A stretch of DNA of 63,709 nt, counting the filler, from Asterionella formosa (Eukaryota): assembly GCA_002256025.1 (NCBI GenBank). It is 8 parts of 8 records of this genome, joined end to end, with 100 filler letters (N's around TTAATTAATTAA, not from the genome) between each part and the next. Parts side by side here need not be neighbours in the genome. Positions count along the whole stretch, not along the records: positions 8,001 to 15,890 come from NKIB01012366.1; positions 15,991 to 23,878 come from NKIB01012367.1; 6 more parts are not named here. One strand, 5' to 3'. The notes under the pieces are model-generated. The model saw only the letters and a list, made by a program, of their open reading frames with translations, made no database searches and had not been told where the DNA came from. Below, piece by piece: positions 11,064 to 23,978 of this stretch. Both the position numbers and the translations under genes were made by a program. Each line of letters opens with the position of its first letter. Positions within the stretch are counted from its first letter, which is position 1.

Positions 11064-12099
11064 AAGAACGAAAGCATAGATAAACACACGAAAAGAAACT
11101 AAAAACGACTTTATAATGAATAATTTTTATCGCCGAATATTGATACCAACAAGTATATGCTGCAACAGCAATTGCTAGTTTAGGACGCAGCCGCAAAGGA
11201 AGCGTTGCTTAATGTATTTCAAACATTGATTTCTTTTAAATAGACGTAAAAACCATAGCTTGACTATTATTCTTTTGTTTATTAGACGACGACTACCATA
11301 CTGTTTGAGCCGGCATGGAACAGTGACTGGATGATGCCTGTCCCGATGAGGGTCACCATTTTCTGTTCGCCAAAATGAATATGATTTACTCAGAGATGTT
11401 TATCAAAGCAATACACGATCTATCCTCGGATCTACAAGCAATCAATCTGAAATCAACGATAGTAAAACAAATCACTTCTCGGCGGTGCTACAATCGTAGC
11501 TGTATTTTCAAAGTCAGTGTCACCAGCATCAATCCGATGTGTAAAAGGTGTCCTAAGAAAGGTATCTTGTATCTATGATGATTTATTAATATGTTACTGA
11601 CCTTGAAGTATAATGATAATAAGAACATTATCATCACACAATGTATATAAACTGATCAACAACATTTCCCATCAATATCATAAACCTTCTCATATTATTT
11701 TCACTTCTTGTGATCGCCCGATGTAAATTATAACCACAATGTATCCTAAAACCAGCTCAACTCTATGCTATCATGTGAATTGTTTCATCGTAAATCTATC
11801 GTAAACATGATCATAATTCTAATCACAAGCATTGTTCAAAATAGATTGAAATGAAAAAATTTAACTATAAAGTTAAGCAATGCTATCTATTAATCTACAT
11901 GCCAGCAACCCAACGTTTCTCTCTCTACTCGGCTCAATGTATATTCCTTTCTTGCTCTTTCTTCCTCTGATCTGAATCGTGTGCGAGGCAGTGCCTTACT
12001 GATGCTGCGTCTCTTTCCCTGCTGTAAGTGTCATTCTGAACTTGCCAACTATTCCGTTGTTTGATTGTTTTTATTGTCCTATGCATGCAGTTACAGTTA

Positions 12100-12915
12100 C
12101 AATGAGAAGGAATGATTTGTTAGCTAGTAGTCATGTTACATTAAAACAACGACACGCAATTCCATCGTATCCTCTTGCTTCACTTACCACAAATCAATGC
12201 AACTGATGCATAAGTCTATTACAGTAAATTGTCAGTAAATTCTTGAATAAGTAAGTTTCGGGTATCCAATGTTGTGGAATCAAACTTACCGGTTCATTTT
12301 TGTCATCTTAACTTTGAGAGAATATAAACGTTTTGTTAGCTAGTTTTGTTCCAACAGAAGTGAATAGGTCCAATGAGCGACAAGAGCACTTACGCAATTT
12401 GGTTTTGTTTTACATTGGTGCTCCCCAACAAGCGAAACGAGCTGTTGAATCAACTGAGAAAAAAGGAAATGTGCGTTTTGTTAACAATTTGTTGTTGTGC
12501 TGCCTGTCTCCCAACGATTGTCATCCAAGTACCACATTGATGGCTTCATTACCTTAATCATTCTCCATCCTTCGAATGCGCAATGTGTCGAAGCCACAAT
12601 GTTTTTCGTTATGTATTGCGAAAATTTTCTTTTCTCTTAATGTGCTTTACTATGACGTATCTTTTCATGAAGCAGCAGGCATTGTTTGTTAACATGACAG
12701 AACGATTTCAAAAATATATATGCCATGAATATAGTAATAAAATTTGTAAATATATATAAATATATATATATATATATATTAAGTGTTATACATTTATAAA
12801 ATTCAAAGGCGCTCTCGATATGGAACATATGATATGGTTGAGATGATCATACTCGCATATACATAATTCGAAAATACTCAATGCACTATATGTCCATTGT
12901 TTTCCACGACTACCT
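12100..12915. repeat. Degenerate dispersed repeat, copy A (related to about 40170-40875)
   Basis: Collinear shared blocks: cttcacttaccacaaat, aactgatgcata, gagct(g/a)ttgaatca, aagccacaa, gccatgaata, gtttt(c/t)(c/t)acgac. Boundaries approximate. Confidence 0.55.
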
Positions 12916-13137
12916 GTACCGGTATTGTTTCTGAAATTTGTTTGCATCGATATTTTCTACGTCCGTTGAAACTAATTATTTAGACCGTTCAATTGCCGCC
13001 AGGGTTTTGGTAGCAAATTGTTTAAGCCCCTTTTTTGGTTGGGAGATTGTCATGTGTACCGGTACATCATATGACAATAACAATAAATCATATATATATA
13101 CAGAGCATCAGTAACAGGTAGTAACTGATATACTGGG

Positions 13138-13592
13138 GGTAGTCGGAGTAGTAAACTAGCAACAGAACACCATATGTTCAGGACTGTTGCTATTGCAGTG
13201 GGACAGTAAATCATCATAGTTTTAGGATCATATGATTGTAAAACTAAAAACCAAAAGAACACCATATGTTAATGAGTGTTGCAATTACAGTGGGACAGTA
13301 AATCATCATAATTTTAGGATCGTATGATCGTAAAACTAAAAACCAATAGAAAACCATATGTTCAGGATTATTGCTACTGCAGTGGGACAGTAAATCATCA
13401 TAGTTTTAGGATCGTATGATCGTGAAACTGAAAAGCGGTAGTCGGAGTAGTAAGCAAGCAATAGAACACCATAGTAAATCATCATAGTTTTAGGATTGTA
13501 TGATTGTGAAACTGAAAAGCGGTAGTCGGAGTAATAAGCAAGCAATAGAACACCATATGTCTATGACTGCTGCTACTACAGCGGGACAGTAC
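13138..13592. repeat. About 92-bp tandem repeat array, about 5 partly rearranged units
   Basis: GTGGGACAGTAAATCATCAT occurs at 13198, 13290 and 13382 (92-bp period). Further partial units continue to about 13590. Confidence 0.9.
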
Positions 13593-13608
13593 CGGTAAAT
13601 GAATTTAA

Positions 13609-14388
13609 GATCATCGAACTTTAAGGAAGACAACGACAACAGCTGGTCGTGTGGCTGTTGCTGGTCCACTTTTAATGGCCGAAGAAGGAAGCGATGAAAA
13701 GATCACCATTACGAGCGGAACGAGAGAAATCGCTTACGACGCCAAGTCTGGACGATTCTTTGAGACTAACTTGCAGGAAGAAGAATGCATTCCTGATGAG
13801 GAATACTGTGTCGTCGATCCGGAAAGTGGGGAACTCATTCGTCTCACAGTAGCCGAAAAGGAGCATATCTTTCTGGACGCGCTTCAGTCCTACTATGCCA
13901 CTGGAAGGCAAATGCTCAAGGATGACGAGTTTGACCTATTGAAGGAAGATTTGCAATGGAACGGATCTGACATGGTTGTCATGAAGCGAAAGGAAGCCAC
14001 ATATCTCGCCGCCATGCAGGCATACTTGAAAGGTGAACCGATGATGCCAGATGCTGAGTTTGACGCATTGAAGATGGAGCTCAAGGAAACTGGATCGAAG
14101 TTTGCAGTCTCAACATCTCCAAAATGCCAGATCAACACTGGAATTTGCACTGTCACATTGAAAGAAGACCAATTCAGATCAAATCTTCTCTACCTTCCCG
14201 CCATTATGGTTCTCACAAGTGTTTGGCTTGGTATTGGTTTCGATCTCTTGTCGACTGTGTTGAGAATCAACCCGTTGTTCTTCCTCCTCATTGGCACTCC
14301 GTTCCTCTACACCGGATCTAAATTTATTACAGAGGAGCTTCTCTTCCCTGGTAAATTCATTGCTTTATCCAGTAATTTCGCCTATTGA
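13609..14388 (+). pseudogene. PGRL1: PGRL1 (PGR5-like 1) fragment, truncated at both ends
   Basis: TVAEKEHIFLDALQSYY, FDLLKEDLQWNGS, a duplicated AYLKGEPMMPDAEFDALK and two TM helices. No signal peptide (in-frame TAA at 13606) and no C-terminal CxxC domain after KFIA. Confidence 0.75.
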
Positions 14389-14841
14389 CCGACCAACACT
14401 TGCTACACTTCCTCCTGATGCACCCCCAGTTTCATCTGCATCTCCAGTCGCTTCTCCTAGCCCAATCACAGTGGGTCCTATTACATCTGTTTCTCCAGTG
14501 ATTTCGCCTATGAAAAGAGCCACTTGCTTTCGCTCTCTTGCTTGATGGTATCAAAGATGCGGACAAGTTCAATAGTTAATTCAAGTACAGTATGCCAAAT
14601 GCAGAAACGAGCGAGCGATATGAAAATGAAATACATTCTAATCAGAATCATTCTATAACTATAGCTATGTGGACAGTAGTCTGTTACGCACATTTTCGTA
14701 TCTCTTTCTATGCTGAATCTTAATAGTAGATGTGGTATCATGTGAGAATTGAAAATGTCAACGAGAACAAGTAGAATGTGTTTGTTTACGGGTTGATTGG
14801 CGAAATTGTCATGCTGAAGTGGACGAAACGGATATAGTTTG

Positions 14842-15108
14842 TGTTGAAATTGCGTCCCGAAGCACTCTATGCTTTCTTGTATCCGTCAAGGACACGTCAG
14901 GGACCAAATAGGCTGTAGATATAACAACGATGTCTCCGTGATCGATTGTAATTGTTCCTAAGAGTTTTAATGGAATTATGGGTTTTTACTGTTGGCGTAG
15001 ATTGTTTTCGAATTCTCTGGTACCATATTCTTTCTTGATTCATTCGATTCAATATGTAGTAGGTAATTCATACCGGAATTTTTCTTCCCTAAAATATTTT
15101 CTCCAACA
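14842..15108 (-). mobile_element. 3' LTR of a Ty1/copia (CoDi-type) retrotransposon
   Basis: On the minus strand it reads TGTTGG...TCAACA, preceded by the PPT CAGCAGGAGTG just after the pol stop. About the first 135 bp recur at 48860-48993. Confidence 0.7.
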
Positions 15109-15130
15109 CACTCCTGCTGGACACGGATGC

Positions 15131-15890
15131 TCACTTTGAATTCATAATTTGCTGACGAAAATGAATAAATTTCGTTTCAACCAGTGGTTTTGTCATGTAG
15201 TCTGCTAACATTGCATCCCATGGACAGTACTTGATTTGTACTTCCTTTCTTTCAATAAGATCAGTAATATAAAAATATTTGATGTTGAAATGTCGTGTGC
15301 GAATTCCTGAACTTGCTTTTCCATTTGCTTCTAGCTTCATTGCGCTAGTGTTGTCACGGTAAATGACATTCGTAGTCACCTTGTGTCCTTGTGCTTCAAT
15401 AAATAATTTCGTCCACAACACCTTTGATATGATGTCATCGACACCAACCAATTCTGCTTCAGTCGAACTTCTAGTGTTCACTTTCTGTTTTGTAGACATA
15501 GAACAAATAATTCCGTTTCCAAGTGACAATGTAGCTCCTGTGTGACTTTTAAAATCTTTGTGTACTGCAAACGCCGCATCAACGTACCATTTAATGCTCT
15601 GAGTGTCATCAGCACTCATAGATGCAACCTTGTTCTGAGTTGCTTTCAAGAAATTCATGATCTTGACTAATTTTGCCCAATCGCCTTCATTCGGTTTGGT
15701 AGTTTGGGTTGCCAGAAATGCAATCAACTGTGAACAATTTATCTGTCCATGGGAATTTTCCAACACCTTCAAGTTTCACTGGAAAATCATCAATCATTAA
15801 TTTCACATATTTGGTCATGTCCACCCTCAACACTCCTGGAAGAGAGTAATCTAGTGTCATTGCTAAATAATCATGCTTCTTTCCACACAT
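15131..15890 (-). mobile_element. Ty1/copia RT-RNase H remnant (frameshifted, runs into gap)
   Basis: Motifs WYVDAAFAVHKDFKSHTG, KQKVNTRSSTEAELV, YRDNTSA, RTRHFNIKY and ADYMTKPL. Frame break near 15740. Confidence 0.92.
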
Positions 15891-18879
15891 NNNNNNNNNN
15901 NNNNNNNNNNNNNNNNNNNNNNNNNNNNNNNNNNTTAATTAATTAANNNNNNNNNNNNNNNNNNNNNNNNNNNNNNNNNNNNNNNNNNNNAAGTGACCGC
16001 TTTATATACATAGCTTAAATACTATACGTAGTGTAGCTTGTCCCACACATATGTTCTTGCCACTCCGAAGAAGTGTAATATATTTATGAGGGTACCAGAA
16101 CCATTATTCAATCAATAGCTGATCCCAATGTTGTACAGCAACAATGATTGTCGAAATGAGTCCAATGATGTTGATAAACTTCTCTGTTATTGGGGCGTTT
16201 CAAATGATCCCTGTATTTTTACTAATATTGTTGGTGCTGGTGGTATTGATACAGAAGAAAAGAGGAACAAGCTTCTGTGCACCATTACAGCCACATTTGA
16301 GAAGCATCACCAAAATTGGGAAACTTAATTTCCTGACAAGCTGATGGAATTTGTCATACCTGTCATTCCAAAAAAAGATCACCGACGTCGTGTATTCTCT
16401 GTTTATGCATTGACACAGGCAGGTGAAAACGAAATAGTTGATGCCAGTTCATCTTCTCCCAATACCATTCCAAGAAGTAAAGATTATGTTGCTTGTTTGC
16501 CCGTGGTAGATCTTGTTTCTACTTCCTCAGAGCGTCTAATTGAGTCTATCAAATCTGATAGACTTGTTATAAAATATCCCCCTTCCAAAGCAAAAGCAAA
16601 ATGTAAATTAAAGGCAACTCCAGACATGGTTGCCAATCCGGAAGAAGCAGTCCATAACTTGTCACCAATGAGTTCCGAAATTATAGGAGTGAGGATTGGA
16701 AAGTAAAGAAAGAACAGGTCGAGGAGGAAAGTGATTTGTCCCATTTATCCAGTAAGGAGTTGGAAATATTGAAACAGGACATGGTCGCTAGTCTGAATGT
16801 AGTACATGGGTGCATTTTTTGGCATATTGTTGTCTTTCTGATGTTGTCTAAAATCTAGGGGAAAGTGTTTTCCATAAAGCCATCGCTGGTTCTATATGAT
16901 TCCGAAATTTCCTTGAAGTTTCAAATGATGCTTTGATAAACAAGCCAGACTCTAGGACCACATAGAATTTGTTAAGAACAAAATCCAGGACACTGTCATC
17001 TAGTCTCGTCTCTTTGCCTTTGTCATCATGATCAAAGTATCCAACCAGTAAGAGTTCTTGTTCCTTACTCTTCCGTTGTCTCTTGAACAGACATGCAATT
17101 TTTCCTGATTGAAAAATCTGCGATCGGTATACCCTTCACAACCAAGATTGTTCCATTCCTTGTACTAGCACTCGGATCATTTGCCATTCCAGATAACAAG
17201 TGATATATGGCACTATCGATAGCGTGCAAATGTCAAGTTGTCAAGAAAAACGTGACTGTAACAGAACAAGGAAGCAGAAAGGGATAATGGTCTGTCAACT
17301 ATAGGATTAGACAGTGGGCAAGTGCTGGATCGGAAGCGATGCAGCACTGACATACTCAGTAATAGACATTAGATTGGTAGTGCAAAGCAACAGTTTCATA
17401 GTACCAGCTTAGTAATAGGTACAGTTTCACTGTAGCCATGTCATGTTCCGACCGGGTCTTGAGACAAGGGGAAGGAGGGAATGCTGGTAGGGCAAACCTA
17501 CAGTTTCACAGTACCAACGTAGTAATACATACAGTTTCACTGTAGCCACATCATGTTCCAACTCTATTCACAACAGTGATTTCGATTACAAATCATGTTA
17601 AGAAAAATAAATGAAGAAAGAATTCATATAATAGCATGATGTTTTGATAATTATATGGTATCATGCGGTGTACTATAAATATGCTTGACATGACCAGCAT
17701 ACTTATAGTTATGCATTCATCATACTACTACATATAACGGAATAACTATCATGTGGCAAAAAATTCTGTGCCAGTTAGCGTATGATACCTTTGATCTTAT
17801 AAATATGATACTATCTATTTGCAGACTTAAATCAATTGTTTTTTCAACTTCTGATATTGTAGTTTATGTCTACTTGGTGTATCATTGTTATGTACGAAAA
17901 TTTTCAGTAAAAGAAATCATGGGGATGTTCTTGTCATTGAGGTGATCACCATTTTGCTTCTGCCGACTTTCTAGACTAGTTTAGCTATTTTGCTATGAAT
18001 ACAAAGCTACGTGAACATTTGTTTCACTACTTGCTAGCGATAATGGTATTCAATCTAAGAAACTAGTAAAAGTGTTAAGCAGTTGCACAAATTTGAAAAG
18101 GAAATACCGGTTATCATTGTCCGGTTTAATGGGAATGAGAAATATCCTTTTCTCGAACATGAATGTTTTGTATGTTTATATGTATCACGTTTGATGCATG
18201 TGTACCACAGCCTTTTGCGCTTCTGTATATTCATGGAATGAAATGCATGTTAATGAGGAGATTTCTTGAATAAGGAATCTTGCCACTCAGAATTTAGATT
18301 GGGGGAAACCCAATTGTAGTAGTAGCAAGGTTTGGAAACTAGTTTGCTTGCTTGTTCAGAAAATCGTTCTTTAAATAACAGCCAACACGAAACCATTAGA
18401 AATTCATACATGTCAAATTAATAATACCAAAGAAGTCGAATTCGAGTCAGCCTTGGCAAAATGTCCACAACTTGATTGCAAGAGTTTAGTGACTATTGCG
18501 ACTGACTGGATTAATTAGACTACTAGTTTGGAACTTTGGAACTCAAGGCTTTGGGCTTCTCATTAGGTTCACCTGTTCAAGGCTTTGGGCTTCTCATTAG
18601 GTTCGCCTGTTGAACTTTCTCGTACTGAGGTTCACCACTGGCTTTATAGTCTATTTCTATATTCACATAATTTCTGTTTCACAATTGTTCTTAGACCATT
18701 TTAGCTACATTAGGGTTATGCATTGATGGTGGTGGTACCTACAATTGGCCAGGGTACTCCGAGCCGCCTCACGATGTACCAAGCCCTGTGGTCGGATGGT
18801 ACCAGGTAGACCAAGTACGACTTCACAAACAATCGCAAGAAAACCATCCAAACGTAAATGAATACGGTACCAGTTACCT

Positions 18880-18958
18880 GCAACCTGCGGTCATTTTGAT
18901 ATGGGATAAAGATACCGGTAGCTTAAGTTTTAGATTCAGCACAATTACCGCAACTTGC
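18880..18958. mobile_element. Small TIR element (MITE-like), copy 1
   Basis: GCAACCTGCGGT...ACCGCAACTTGC. The interior matches the reverse complement of 21935-22027. Confidence 0.6.
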
Positions 18959-19726
18959 TTGCATAACTACCGTGGTACCTGGTAAATACGTTGTACAGGT
19001 TGGGCATCTAATGTGTTCTGCCTATGATGATGATAGAACAATGAATCTCAGTTAAAAATAGATAGTCGAAAACCTGCGTATCAACCATATCGTACGTACC
19101 TTCGGGCCATGGCTGACGTGGAAATACGGTGCAATCTACTTGGAAAGTTGCACGTGACTTGGAAAGTACGCACTCCTACCAGGCCCTACCCCGGTTACAG
19201 GTACCTGGTTGGAGTACTAGGTACTCCACCAGGTTTCAGTAACATCGCTCTTTCGTTCTTTGTTGGTTTTACATAAGATTATTTGATGTGGATGCGGAAA
19301 GTGAAACGAGAATCCCTGGCAGACGGAGTCGAAAGAATCATTTATCATACCACTGATAGAATCGTGTCAAATGTCGTACACGACATGAATTGATCTTGCT
19401 GGGCACCCCCCAGGATGATATCGCCCATCGTTTTGTGTTTACCGGCAAGAAATCAAGACCATCCCGTGAAAGCTTTTTACAAAGGACTTCGGGGTACTAC
19501 CAGGTACGGTAGGTACTAGCTCGGAGTGGTTACCACAACATACGTGCACACATTTGTCATACTACTATTGGTTACGTACCTATGAGAAACGATGAATGTA
19601 ATGTTCATATGTATGGAGATGGTTGCACTGAATATTAGAACTCGTGTTATGCTCACAAAAGGCTTTTACCTCGTCAGCTCACTTTTACTCCTCCTTATCA
19701 CAAACCCCAAACCCATCCAAACAACA

Positions 19727-20242
19727 ATGACCCGCTTTGCTGCCCTCCTCCTCGTTGCCTTTACTTTCCTCGCACCCACCCTTGCTTATCCATATGGTGC
19801 AGGCAGCTGTGCAGCGGGTTCAGCAGCATTTGGAGGCCCTCATTCGGGTACGGCTGTTTCGCTAGCAGGAAAGTATCAGGTCAAGATCGGTGGTGTTGTC
19901 GTGGCCCCCGGTGCTACTAGAAGCCTCAAGAAGAATACCAGTTACACCATTACTGTGACTGGACTGAGCGGCAAGACATTCAAAGGAATCCTCATCAGGC
20001 TTGGAGAGGTTTCTACAACAGCACAGTCTGACAATGCCTTGACCGCTGTTAGTCCACTGAAGAAGAACACTTATTGTACGACTGTCGGTGGAGTCACTCA
20101 TTCTAATTCTAACTCCAAGTCCACCGCCAGTACCCTTGTCAAGGTGACTGCTGCTGCAACCAAGATGCCTTTGGATATTAGTCTTATTGCCGGAAGTGTC
20201 ACGGGGAAATTCTATAGCAGATACTTTATAACATTTGCCTGA
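19727..20242 (+). CDS. Secreted Reeler-domain protein
   Basis: Signal peptide MTRFAALLL...TLA, then YPYGAGSC, FKGILIR and GVTHSNSNSK motifs. ATG at 19727 in an ACAATG context. Confidence 0.8.
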   Translation: MTRFAALLLVAFTFLAPTLAYPYGAGSCAAGSAAFGGPHSGTAVSLAGKYQVKIGGVVVAPGATRSLKKNTSYTITVTGLSGKTFKGILIRLGEVSTTAQSDNALTAVSPLKKNTYCTTVGGVTHSNSNSKSTASTLVKVTAAATKMPLDISLIAGSVTGKFYSRYFITFA

Positions 20243-20622
20243 GTTTCGCACTTACGGCGTCTCCACCAGCCAAGGATCTGATCGACTGAAAGGTCCGGAG
20301 TTCTACATATTATTTTAATCATCACAAAGAAAACATCGACTGTGAACTATAAATTAAAGAACTTGTCCATTTGATTTTTATTGGGATTTCACATTGATAA
20401 GTATTCCAGAAATAGTCAGGAGGCTGTGACTAATCTGAGATTTCGCTTGTTGGGGCTGTCATAGGAGCATACCGGTACCAGGTAGTTGCTCGTTGGCGTT
20501 TCTACAAGGAATATGGAAAGGATGTTTAAACACGAAAATGTCCCTTTACCTTCTTGTGTCGGTTGCAAGCACGAACTACGTTTGACCTCATTGAAAAAGC
20601 CTGCTCGGCCTACCAGTTGTGA

Positions 20623-20689
20623 CTGCAAGTTGCGGTTTTTGCTGACGTCACGATCTCACCTCTAACCCAATACTTAACGCAACATGCAG
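20623..20689. mobile_element. Small TIR element, copy 2 (same termini, different interior)
   Basis: CTGCAAGTTGCG...CGCAACATGCAG. Confidence 0.45.
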
Positions 20690-20887
20690 GCCAGCGCATA
20701 ATGCCGTTAATTTTCATTCGTGGCATGATTTTGAATAAGGTTTTAAGCTCTAAATATGATCATTTTGACAGGTATAGCAAAACGATTTGAGTTTATTTGG
20801 GCTATTGCTCGATTCAACCAAAGTTTACTTTATCTGCCAATTCAAAAACATGTTGCTATATGATCTGCCAAAGTGATCAAATCAACC

Positions 20888-21100
20888 AGTAATAACACTA
20901 ATAATGACAACGAAAATTGAGATCGCCGATAAAAACATGAAGTCGCGTTTTTCTTGCGAGGTGAAGAACTCTCTCATTTTTCACAAGATGGAAATAAGTA
21001 ATAGCACTAATAATGACAACGAAAATTGAGATCGCCGATAACAACATGAAGTCGCGTTTTTCTTGCGAGGTGAAGGAAGAACTCTCTCATATTTCACATC
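20888..21100. repeat. About 110-bp tandem duplication
   Basis: agtaata(a/g)cactaataatgacaacgaaaattgagatcgccgata...gcgaggtgaag is present twice, nearly identical. Confidence 0.9.
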
Positions 21101-21934
21101 ACAGAAATAATTGTCATCTTAATATCCTGTAGAACTTATGAAATTTACTTTGGTCTAGTATTAGGGAAATCTCTTCATTGTCCTGGACTCCCCTTAAGTA
21201 AAGTCAGTCAAATTCAGTCACGGCAGTGTACATTGGGATCCAGGACAATGAAGTATATGGTAAGCACAATGACGTCGTTGCATATTTTGTACCGACAAAA
21301 AAATCTGTTCAGACACTAAATTAATCTATCGACGGAAATACTTTCTGATCCCTTTATACATACATAAAAGGTGATCCCAGCTGAATGGAGTAAAACTTAT
21401 TTTAGCTTTCTCATTCCATTTCTCGTTGACAGCAACCTTTGGGATAAAATTCGGAAGTAGCGCAAGCTAATTGACGAGTTCAAGGCACAATCATTATTGG
21501 TTAGTATNNNNNNNNNNNNNNNNNNNNNNNNNNNNNNNNNNNNNNNNNNNNNNNNNNNNNNNNNNNNNNNNNNNNNNNNNNNNNNNNNNNNNNNNNNNNN
21601 NNNNNNNNNNNNNNNNNNNNNNNNNNNNNNNNNNNNNNNNNNNNNNNNNNNNNNNNNNNNNNNNNNNNNNNNNNNNNNNNNNNNNNNNNNNNNNNNNNNN
21701 NNNNNNNNNNNNNNNNNNNNNNNNNNNNNNNNNNNNNNNNNNNNNNNNNNNNNNNNNNNNNNNNNNNNNNNNNNNNNNNNNNNNNNTGGTTAGTAAATAA
21801 ATCGCTACAACATTGCCTGAATAATTCGGTTCGTATCTAGCATATTTAGTCCAAAACGTGAATTTAATCGATTTAACATTGACTCTCAGCTCAAAATTTT
21901 TCAAACGTTGACTCTCAGATTTTAGGTGGTACCA

Positions 21935-22027
21935 GCAAGTTGCGGTAATTTCGCTGAACTAAAGATTTAGCTATCTTTATCCTAGATATTTTGAATTGTT
22001 AAATCAAGCAAAATGACCGCAACTTGC
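21935..22027. mobile_element. Small TIR element (MITE-like), copy 3
   Basis: Perfect 12-bp TIR GCAAGTTGCGGT / ACCGCAACTTGC, extending imperfectly to about 17 bp. Confidence 0.65.
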
Positions 22028-22631
22028 AGGTCCCGGGTACCTGGTAGCGGTATGTAGTATCGCTCATATGTTGAATGTAAATTCCAGAAACACTGGGTAA
22101 TAGTCTTGCCTAGGCCTAGTATTTCAATAAACTTTAACATTTAAATACTTTTTTCACGCCTACTACCGGTATTGTTGCTAGCAAAATCCCCATCACCACC
22201 ATGGCACTCACATATCATTGCTTTTCTCGTATTGTCATTGCGCTCAGCCCCTTCAAGGCCCACTTATAGTATTGTTATTGTCCCGGAACACTAGGAACTT
22301 CTCCTTGAAAGAGGCTGCCGCACATTATGGTATTAGTCTTGACATTCTTCACATTTGTCGGTGCCGATACCTGCATCTATGACTACTGTACACAAATTTC
22401 CAATACAATCAATCAATTATCAGTTAATGAATACTAACTGGCCTATTTCACATCTTTTGTTTCAATTAAACATGGTCCACTATGAGACTTCTAATATCTA
22501 TGTGATTTTATTGTTATCTCATGTAATAGTGTACAGGTGTGCTACCAAAACGTAATTTGCCCTACTCTGATGCACGATGTGGCAAGACAAATCAGGTAGT
22601 CAAAGTCAAAACTGTGACTGTCTAGAGGAAT

Positions 22632-23081
22632 CCATTTTCACATAGTTTCATAAGTACAACATGCATGCATTGAGCATTTTCTAAGCATAGTAACAGCATT
22701 TAGGTATGACATTATAATGCAGCAAGTGCCACTATGTCATGATACCATGCACAGCAGTACAAAATCAAGATGTTAAATAATCATGCATCAACCTACATAT
22801 GTAGGTGAAACACATACATAATATTCCGGTCTATATATTAGTATTAAAAAAGGTACTGGTATTCCTACATGTATAGATATTTCCATGCAAAGGTTGAGAT
22901 GAACAGCAACATAACAGTACCAGTACCCGGTATAGCTACTTAAATACTTTCCATAATAGAGCTGTGCAGCCCATTTTCACATAGAATTTTAAATACAACA
23001 TGCAGGTGTTGAGCATTGTCTAAGCATAAAAACAGCATTTAGGTATGACATTATAATTCAGTGAGTACTAGTATGTCATGA
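22632..23081. repeat. About 110-bp direct repeats about 340 bp apart
   Basis: ccattttcacatag...ctaagcata...acagcatttaggtatgacattataat...tatgtcatga at about 22632 and 22971. Confidence 0.8.
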
Positions 23082-23494
23082 AACCGACCCTGATAAACTG
23101 TCCATTTCGATGATAATATAAAACTGTTTATAATTTTTTCGATATTCTTTTTAGTAAAAACAATAGTCATTGAAAATAAGTTTTCAAAAAATTCTATCAT
23201 TGATTTGCTAGACTTATAGTTTTAAAAAGTAACCACGAGTTTCCCAGACTAACCCTTGGTGCATTTTGATACACTTTGTTGCAAGGAAGGTATTTTTTCT
23301 ACCACATGTGAGGCATCTGGATCCTACATACCCCATGTGATGGGTTTTCTTACTTATCGGTATTTGTGGAATGATAGGTGATGTCAGAGGTTTCTTTCAG
23401 TATGATGACACAAGATACTAAATCCAATGATCAAACAGCTAATATATATATAGTGTATAAATAAATATATCAGAACAGTACCTCTTGATTGATG

Positions 23495-23600
23495 TGGGTA
23501 TACTTTGATGTTATCTTCAATGAGTGGGCTAGCTATACTCACTAACTAATAAGCTCATATATTCAATAAATACTTACTACTTCTAGCAATTGGTGGTTAC
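23495..23600 (+). mobile_element. Diverged remnant related to the Gypsy LTR at 55590/63514
   Basis: Shares gtatactttg(a/g)tgt and aataagctcatatattcaa(t/c)aaatac...tactacttctag with that LTR. Confidence 0.55.
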
Positions 23601-23978
23601 AGTCCCATCAACCCTACATAGTGCGAAGTAGGGTTTAAGAAAAATATGGAGTATCTACATGTACCAGTACACGTACAGTAAAAATTAGTACCGTAGTCTA
23701 GTCTAGGCTACCGGTACCAGGTACCAGGTACCTGGTCCCGGTGTGACATCCAGATGAATGTACGAGTACGGTAGTATACCGGTATTCTTATTGTTCGTTC
23801 CCGTGATTTCTCACGTCCTCCACGTGGACTTGTGTTGTCACAAAGAAGCAAGCGAAGCGAAAGGAAATACCGGTACCGNNNNNNNNNNNNNNNNNNNNNN
23901 NNNNNNNNNNNNNNNNNNNNNNTTAATTAATTAANNNNNNNNNNNNNNNNNNNNNNNNNNNNNNNNNNNNNNNNNNNN

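Noticed and set aside
13138..13592. CRISPR-like appearance of regularly spaced repeats
   Set aside because: The intervening sequences are themselves homologous, there are no cas genes, and the context is eukaryotic. It is a tandem minisatellite.
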